From contig NZ_JAQNDL010000002.1 of the NCBI RefSeq assembly GCF_028368995.1, positions 1,152,001 through 1,216,000 of the forward strand: a stretch of 64,000 bases of DNA, in the 5' to 3' direction. This stretch comes from Nannocystis bainbridge (GTDB taxonomy: Bacteria; Myxococcota_A; Polyangia; Nannocystales; Nannocystaceae). Below are positions 58,801 to 64,000 of the stretch, one piece after another. The notes under the pieces are model-generated. The model had not been told where the DNA came from. It did no database searches and saw only the letters and a program-made list of their open reading frames with translations. A program made the position numbers and the translations under genes. Numbering within the stretch: position 1 is the stretch's first letter; every line of letters begins with the position of its first letter.

Positions 58801-60530
58801 GCGATGTGGACCGGGCGCGCGTACTCGTCGACGACCTTGAAGCCGAAGCTGCCGATCAGCGGCAGCTCGTCGCTGAGGTTCATCGCCTTGCGGCTGAAGA
58901 CCCGCAGGTTGAGGCTGCCCGGGTGATCGCCGGTGACCGAGACGTAGAGGTCGAAGTCGAACTCGGCGCCGCGGCGGATGTTCTCGATGCAGCGCAGGTC
59001 GCCGAGCAGCCGCTGGTCGCCGGCGCGGCGCTTGTGATCGTCGCTGAAGGCGCTGTGGTACAGCTCGAACAGCTCCTCGACCTGGTCGGGCGGGGCGAGC
59101 TCGGACAGCGCCTCGCGCAGGCGCTCGTTCCAGCCCTTGGCCAGCGCGAGCACCTCGGAGCGCACGCGCTCGGTGTCGACGGCCGCGAACGGGGTCGGGC
59201 CGGTCATGTAGTAGTGGATGATCGCGTTGTCGTAGCGATCCATGTACACGCCGAAGTCGGCGTAGGTCGCCCCGAACTCGCGCAGCAGCTTCTCCTGCAC
59301 CTGCAGCCGCAGCTCGTCGTTGAACTGCTCGCGCGGGAGGCTGACGAACGCGAACACGAACCGGCCGTCTTCGCCGACGTTGATGTGCACGTCGGAGCCG
59401 CCCTCGACCTCGGCCCGCAGCACGCGGTCGGTGAGCTCCCAGATGCTGTCCTCGCTCTGGGTCAGCAGGTACTCGAGCGGCAGCGAGTTGAAGGCATTGG
59501 TCAGGCTCTTGCCGCGGTGGCTGTCGATCGAGACGCTGCGCTCGGTCAGCAGCTTGCGCAGCATGACGCGCAGGAACGGGATCTCCTCCGGCGGGGTGTG
59601 CAGCGCCTTGTAGGTGAAGAGGCCGTTGATGAGGCAGGTGCCGACCGGCTGGCCGTCACGACCTACGCGGGTGACGATGAAGTGGCCCGGCTTGCCGCTG
59701 CGATGGACCGGCGACTCCTCGTTGCTGCGCTGGTAACGGACGGTGCGATCGAGGTCGCGGGCGTAGGTGGCGAAGCGATCGGCGTCGCGCTCGCCGAGGC
59801 TGACGGAGGCGGTGCCGAGCGTCGAGATCCGGTGGCCCTGATCGTCGTACTCCTCGATGCCGAGCAGCACGAGGTTCTCCTCGCACAGCCAGCGAACCAT
59901 GCCCTCGGTCTCGCGCAGGGTCAGGCTGCGATCGTTGCTCTCGGCGTTGGCGGCCCGCAGGTAGTCGTCGGCGAGGTCCTGCAGCCGGCGCTTCATCGGC
60001 TGGAAGTCGCGCACCATCGCCTGCACGATCCGCAGGCGGGTGCGGAAGCGGTCCTCGATGTCCTCGGGGACATGTTGGCCGGGGTCGAGCTCGACGCGGA
60101 TCACCGACTCCGGCGCGCCCATGCCGATGCTGGTCAGGCTGCCGGCGGCGTCGCGGCGGACCTTGATCACGGCGTTCATCAGGCTGGCGATCTCGAGCCG
60201 CTCCGCGCCGAACAGCGCGCGCAGCGAGGACACCAGGAACGGCTGGTCTTCGAGGCAGCTCTCGAGGACGACGCTGTCGCCTTGCCGGCGCACGACCGAG
60301 TTGATCTCGCTGCGGCCGCGGGTCTTGATCGTGCTCAGGACCTGCTCGAGCTGGGCGACGAGTTCGTCGCTCGCCACGCGCCGGATGTCTCGGAGGTCGA
60401 CCGAGGTCAACACCGCCTTGCAGAGGGCCGCCAGGAGGTTGACGTCGGTCCCGGGCAGCTTGGGGACGTACGAGGCGAGGACCTGCTGTACCTCGTGGAT
60501 CCGCTGGTTGCTCAGTTTTTGCGTCGCCAT
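55815..60530 (-). CDS. gdhB: Large NAD-specific glutamate dehydrogenase (Bac_GDH)
   Basis: GVHLRGGRVARGGIRFSDR, QMVKNVLIVPVGAKGGF, DPYLVVAADKGTA, GVGDMSGDVFGNG, DNSGGVDTSDHEVNIKI. Confidence 0.95.
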   Translation of the reverse strand: MATQKLSNQRIHEVQQVLASYVPKLPGTDVNLLAALCKAVLTSVDLRDIRRVASDELVAQLEQVLSTIKTRGRSEINSVVRRQGDSVVLESCLEDQPFLVSSLRALFGAERLEIASLMNAVIKVRRDAAGSLTSIGMGAPESVIRVELDPGQHVPEDIEDRFRTRLRIVQAMVRDFQPMKRRLQDLADDYLRAANAESNDRSLTLRETEGMVRWLCEENLVLLGIEEYDDQGHRISTLGTASVSLGERDADRFATYARDLDRTVRYQRSNEESPVHRSGKPGHFIVTRVGRDGQPVGTCLINGLFTYKALHTPPEEIPFLRVMLRKLLTERSVSIDSHRGKSLTNAFNSLPLEYLLTQSEDSIWELTDRVLRAEVEGGSDVHINVGEDGRFVFAFVSLPREQFNDELRLQVQEKLLREFGATYADFGVYMDRYDNAIIHYYMTGPTPFAAVDTERVRSEVLALAKGWNERLREALSELAPPDQVEELFELYHSAFSDDHKRRAGDQRLLGDLRCIENIRRGAEFDFDLYVSVTGDHPGSLNLRVFSRKAMNLSDELPLIGSFGFKVVDEYARPVHIAHTTPFELDNYRLDVRPERIPAVMSRADEIRTTLRQVYAGTMGRDSLNQLIVATTMTALEVEILRAYVAYLHQVRCPFTSALIRQTLIAYPTVASALVSWLDARYDPTSASAQLAEVTDKTLEAELRDVADYTADRVLRAVADVVRATLRTNAFVITTPEGSRRDQTPAMAFKFDGQRVPFGPDPKPLREIFIYHPDFEGVHLRGGRVARGGIRFSDRPDDFRTEIHGLMATQMVKNVLIVPVGAKGGFVLRQAPTDRNELRAAGDRYYQIFVEALLSVTDNVVDGEIVTPPGILHTEGPDPYLVVAADKGTAHLSDTANSVSMSHKFWLDDAFASGGSNGYDHKATGITARGAWETTKRNFREMGIDPEADVITAIGVGDMSGDVFGNGLLRSRTIKLLAAFNHAHVFIDPTPDPEVSYLERARLFELPRSQWSDYDASKLSPGGAVFPRNAKSLDLSPEARSLLGFSPTQVVSGEEAIRAILLLKVDLCWMGGIGTYVKSKDETHADVGDKANDAVRVNASQLRFRVMSEGANLAVTDRGRPAFARIGGQNYTSFLDNSGGVDTSDHEVNIKILFAPLLASGKVTRERRNEVLKAAATEVCDMVLANNRSQSRMVSYDVRRSKVDVYRYARTLSYLVQHVPFNPDTFALPTEDELANRARKGIGLFKADASALCAYAKMLVYRVLLDAEPLSEALVDRMVREYFPAAIVEAAEGAVKSHLLRREIATTMVVNRIVDNAGATFFPELMTSTGRPAHAIAEAYMTASAAGDVDALRRDLYASEDKNRQEAIYRAMHVVEAALEETTVVLLETDSYATVDQRTIDRARELLDHVEHALPASQIPQLHARAHEFESAGFAPALAGRLARIEHLTGALASLRVAAETGRDPLDVLRLRLQVASDMHLRALQDALARMVYQSPWDGPAAKALSRQLHGHLGRLVQAVDGDDVAGMIGRLGLDNIRRQGAAMLEGGVTIPGIVLFDDHLRRQLPGVDLRK

Positions 60531-60751
60531 CGGCGGCAACTCTCCGCCGGCCGGCGGCTGGGTGCAATCCCTCCGAGCCGGCGCGTCCACGACCGTCGTC
60601 GCGGCGCGTCGCCGCGATCGGCAGCCGAGCCACGGCCGACTCGCGCAAACCCCCGGAAGGGCTCGCGCAGGGCGTTGCGCACCGCGGCAGCATGACATCC
60701 CGCACGCGGGATCCGAAGGGGCCGCAGTGCTTGCGGTCCTATTCTTGGATC

Positions 60752-62077
60752 GTGCCTCAGCCCTCCGTCGCTGCACCGGATCTGGCGGCCTGCGCCGCGC
60801 GTCGCTCCCGCCTGTCCGCGCGCCTCGGCGACGCCGCGCTGCTGCTGTCCGCCGGCGAGCCGCCGACCCGCTCCGGCGACACGCGCTACCGCTTCCGGCC
60901 GGACTCGAACTTCTATTATCTGACCGGGGCCGCCGAGCCCGGCAGCGTGCTGCTGCTGCGGCCAGGTCGGGCGCCCGCGAGCGCGCTGTTCCTGCCGGTC
61001 CAGGACGAGCGCGACGTGCTGTACCACGGCCGGCGGCCGAGCCCGGACGAGGCCCGCGAGCAGTTCGGCGTCGACGCGGTGTTCCCGGTCGCGCAGCTCG
61101 AGCTCGAGCTGCCGCGCCTGCTCGACGGCGTCGAGGAGTTGTACCTGCCCTTTTCGACATGTCCCGTGATCGAGCGGGCGGCGTTCGCCGCGATCGAGCG
61201 GCTGCGCGCCGGCGATCGCCGGGGCGAGGTCGCGCCGACCTGGCTGGGCGACGCGCGGACGCTGCTGGCCGAGGACCGCCTGGTCAAGGACGCGGCCGCG
61301 ATGACGGCGCTGCGGCGCGCGGTCGACATCAGCGCGGCCGGCCACGTGGCGGCGATGCGGGCGACCCGGCCCGGTCGGCTCGAGCTCGAGATCGAGGCGC
61401 TGCTCGAGCACGAGTTCCGCCGCCGCGGCGCGAGCGGGCCCGGGTACGAGACGATCGTGGCCGCGGGCGCCAACGCCAACACGCTCCACTACACGTCCGC
61501 CCGCGGGGCGCTCGGCGCGGGCGAGCTGCTGCTGGTCGACGCCGGCGCGGAGTGGGAGCTGTTCACCGGCGACATCACGCGCACGTTCCCGATCAGCGGC
61601 CGCTTCACGCCGCCGCAGCGCGACGCCTACGAGATCGCGCTGGCCGCCAACGAGGCCGGGATCGCGGCGTCGGTGATCGGCTCGAGCCTCGACGCGATCC
61701 ACGAGGCGTGCCTGCGGGTCCTGTGCGACGGGCTGCGGACGCTGGGCCTGGTGCGCGCGGGCGTCGACGAGGCGATCGAGGACGAGCTTTACAAGCCTTA
61801 CTACCCGCACAAGACCAGCCACTGGCTAGGCGCCGATGTCCACGACGTCGGCCGCTACACGGTCGACGGCCGCGCCCAGCCGCTGCGCGCCGGCTTCGTG
61901 CTGACGGTCGAGCCGGGCCTGTACTTCCCGGCCACCGCCGAGGTGCCCGCGGGGCTGCGCGGGGTGGGGATCCGCGTCGAGGACGACGTGCTGGTGACGG
62001 CCGGCGCGCCGGAGGTGCTCAGCGCCGGGGCGCCCAAGCGGGTCGCCGAGCTCGAGGCGCTGGTCGGGCAGGGCTGA
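60752..62077 (+). CDS. pepP: Xaa-Pro aminopeptidase
   Basis: YRFRPDSNFYYLTG, NANTLHY, LLVDAG...GDITRTFP, HKTSHWLGADVHD, TVEPGLY, GIRVEDD; start uncertain. Confidence 0.93.
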   Translation: MPQPSVAAPDLAACAARRSRLSARLGDAALLLSAGEPPTRSGDTRYRFRPDSNFYYLTGAAEPGSVLLLRPGRAPASALFLPVQDERDVLYHGRRPSPDEAREQFGVDAVFPVAQLELELPRLLDGVEELYLPFSTCPVIERAAFAAIERLRAGDRRGEVAPTWLGDARTLLAEDRLVKDAAAMTALRRAVDISAAGHVAAMRATRPGRLELEIEALLEHEFRRRGASGPGYETIVAAGANANTLHYTSARGALGAGELLLVDAGAEWELFTGDITRTFPISGRFTPPQRDAYEIALAANEAGIAASVIGSSLDAIHEACLRVLCDGLRTLGLVRAGVDEAIEDELYKPYYPHKTSHWLGADVHDVGRYTVDGRAQPLRAGFVLTVEPGLYFPATAEVPAGLRGVGIRVEDDVLVTAGAPEVLSAGAPKRVAELEALVGQG

Positions 62078-62087
62078 CGCGCGGAGC

Positions 62088-62171
62088 TGTCCCCGGGGAC
62101 ATGCGCAATGCGACATGCTCGATCGAGCATGCTCTCATGAGCATGTTCGGACGGCCATGTCGCAACGGCCA
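62088..62171. repeat. Six contiguous 14-bp elements after pepP
   Basis: TGTCCccggGGACA TGCGCaatgCGACA TGCTCgatcGAGCA TGCTCtcatGAGCA TGTTCggacGGCCA TGTCGcaacGGCCA. Confidence 0.9.
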
Positions 62172-62393
62172 GATGCGCTGCCGGAGATCGATGGGGCGGC
62201 AGATCTGCGAGGCGCAGCGTCAGGAGACGGATCGGCGCGACGGCGATCCCGGGGCCGACCCGGACCCGCAGGGGTCGGGCCGAGGCGGTGCACGGCGTTC
62301 CTCTGAGCAGCCCGAGCGGCCGGTCGGCGGGTATTCGCGGCGCGGGCGTTCGCGCCAGGTGCCGCGGCGCGGGCGGTCTGGCATGCTGGGCCC

Positions 62394-62882
62394 GTGTCGC
62401 TCCGCAGTCGCTTCGCTCCGCTCTCGCTCGCGCTCGCCGGCACGTTCGCGTGCGCGGAGCCGGCGAGCCCGCCCACGCCCGCGCCGCCGGCCAGGGTCGA
62501 GCCGGCCAAGCCGCGCCTGATCGCCGCGCCCGAGGCCGGCGACGTGGCGACGGTGGTGCGTGAAGAGGCGGCGCGCGAGGGCGGGACGCTGGTGGTCACG
62601 GTCGGCGCGGACTGGTGCGAGCCGTGCCGGGCCTTTCACGACGCGGTGCAGTCGGGTCAGCTCGACGCGCAGCTGATGGGCGTGCGCTTCTTCGAGTTCG
62701 ACATCGACCGCGACCGCGCGCGGCTGGAGGCGGCCGGCTACAAGTCGCGCTTCCTCCCGCTGTTCGCCCTGCCGGACGCGGAGGGGCGCGCGAGCGGCAA
62801 GCAGATCGAGGGCGGCATCAAGGGGCCGCGGGCCGTCGAGCACATCATGGCCCGGCTCGGTCCGCTGGTGAAGTCGCCTTGA
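62394..62882 (+). CDS. Thioredoxin-fold lipoprotein
   Basis: Lipobox-like TFAC; GADWCEPC active site. Confidence 0.85.
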   Translation: MSLRSRFAPLSLALAGTFACAEPASPPTPAPPARVEPAKPRLIAAPEAGDVATVVREEAAREGGTLVVTVGADWCEPCRAFHDAVQSGQLDAQLMGVRFFEFDIDRDRARLEAAGYKSRFLPLFALPDAEGRASGKQIEGGIKGPRAVEHIMARLGPLVKSP

Positions 62883-62913
62883 GGGCGCGCCGCGGAGCCC
62901 GTATCGTCGTGGG

Positions 62914-63705
62914 GTGCTGCGGATCGCGGGCGCCCTGCTGTTCGGGCTCTACTTCATCCTCAGTCAGCCGCTGTGGTTCCTCGGCGCGCTGGTGATCACG
63001 GCCGTCACTGCGCCGTTCGATCGCCGGCGCGCGCTGCTCCACCGCTACACTTGCGTGTGGGGCGGGCACTACGCGCTGCTGATGCCCGGCTGGGACGTCC
63101 GCGTCCTCGGCCGCGAGCACATCGCTGCCGGCGGGGTGTACGTGCTGTGCTCGAACCACCAGTCGCACGCCGACACGCTGGTGCTGCTGACCCTGTTCCG
63201 CCACTTCAAGTGGGTCGCCAAGGCGAGCGTGTTCCGGGTCCCGTTCATCGGCTGGAACATGGCGCTGAATCGCTACATCGCGCTGCGCCGCGGCGACGCC
63301 GGCAGCATCGCGGCGACGCTGCGGACCTGCCGCGACAACCTCGACGCCGGCTCGTCGGTGTTCATGTTTCCCGAAGGCACGCGCTCGCGCGACGGACGGA
63401 TCCACGGGTTCAAGCACGGGGCGTTCTCGCTGGCGGTCGAGGCGGGTGTGCCGGTGGTGCCGGTCGTGCTCGACGGCACCAGCGCCGCGCTGCCGAAGTC
63501 GTCGTGGCGGATCGGCCTCGAGCGGGCGGGGCTGCCGATCACCGTCGAGGTGCTGCCGCCGGTCGCGCTGGCCGAGCTCGAGTCGGGTGCCGGAGCGGCC
63601 GAGCTGCGCCTGGAGGTGCGGGCGCGCATGCTGGCGGCGCTGGCGGCGAGGCGCGGCGTGCCGGTCGCCGCGGTCGACGGCGAGGCGGGTAGGGACCTGT
63701 CCTGA
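62914..63705 (+). CDS. plsC: 1-acyl-sn-glycerol-3-phosphate acyltransferase family
   Basis: NHQSHAD, WVAK, FPEGTRS, FKHGAF, PVVPV. Confidence 0.9.
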   Translation: MLRIAGALLFGLYFILSQPLWFLGALVITAVTAPFDRRRALLHRYTCVWGGHYALLMPGWDVRVLGREHIAAGGVYVLCSNHQSHADTLVLLTLFRHFKWVAKASVFRVPFIGWNMALNRYIALRRGDAGSIAATLRTCRDNLDAGSSVFMFPEGTRSRDGRIHGFKHGAFSLAVEAGVPVVPVVLDGTSAALPKSSWRIGLERAGLPITVEVLPPVALAELESGAGAAELRLEVRARMLAALAARRGVPVAAVDGEAGRDLS

Positions 63706-63792
63706 GAGACAGGCGCTCGCCCAGGGCTGCGCACGAAACGACATGTCCCGCGGACCAGGCGCACCCGGTCGCGGGACATGTCCGAAAGGGCA
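63693..63792. repeat. 14-bp elements overlapping the plsC stop and in the convergent gap
   Basis: TGTCCtgagAGACA (63698, contains the stop codon), TGTCCcgcgGACCA (63744), TGTCCgaaaGGGCA (63779). Confidence 0.8.
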
Positions 63793-63817
63793 GGCGGGCT
63801 CAGGGGCCCGCGCCGGC

Positions 63818-64000
63818 TCAGGACTCCTGGCCGGAGTCCTCGATGGTGACGGTCTTGCTGGTCGCGCCGTTGCGCGAGCCGACCTTCTCCATCGCGTCCA
63901 CGACCTCGGCGCCGGACACGAGCTTGCCGAACACCACGTGCTTGCCGTCGAGCCAGGGGGTCTCGGCGGTGGTGATGAAGAACTGCGAGCCGTTGGTGCC
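63818..64000 (-). CDS. Cyclophilin-type peptidyl-prolyl isomerase, 3' part only
   Basis: Translated by hand: [60 protein letters not shown]. Confidence 0.95.
   Translation of the reverse strand, partial: GTNGSQFFITTAETPWLDGKHVVFGKLVSGAEVVDAMEKVGSRNGATSKTVTIEDSGQES

Overview
This is a very GC-rich bacterial chromosome segment, most consistent with a myxobacterium of the Nannocystaceae (inferred from the GltJ/AgmX-like protein, the Thr/Ser-linker and Cys-rich lipoproteins, and the FHA-GAF protein). Housekeeping content: lon, dnaK, a MepA-like peptidase, purH-purD-DUF1015-hisZ-purA, a Ktr K+ uptake pair, uvrA, a two-component system, the large NAD-glutamate dehydrogenase, pepP, a plsC-family acyltransferase, a cyclophilin, tRNA-Cys(GCA) and tRNA-Leu(TAA). 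Two things stand out. (1) A 14-bp palindrome, TGTCC-N4-GGACA, recurs at about 35 loci (counted by eye). It forms head-to-tail arrays with an exact 14-bp period, fills many intergenic gaps, is written into coding sequences with atypical codons, and was not seen in divergent promoter regions. (2) A divergent RiPP-like cluster at 28.4-36.5 kb has no evident precursor. It encodes an atypical DUF692/MNIO enzyme with a partner, a GST, a radical SAM-methyltransferase fusion, a Tat-signal protein, a radical SAM homolog lacking its cluster motif, an HExxH protein and another radical SAM enzyme. All calls come from reading the sequence; no database searches were run.
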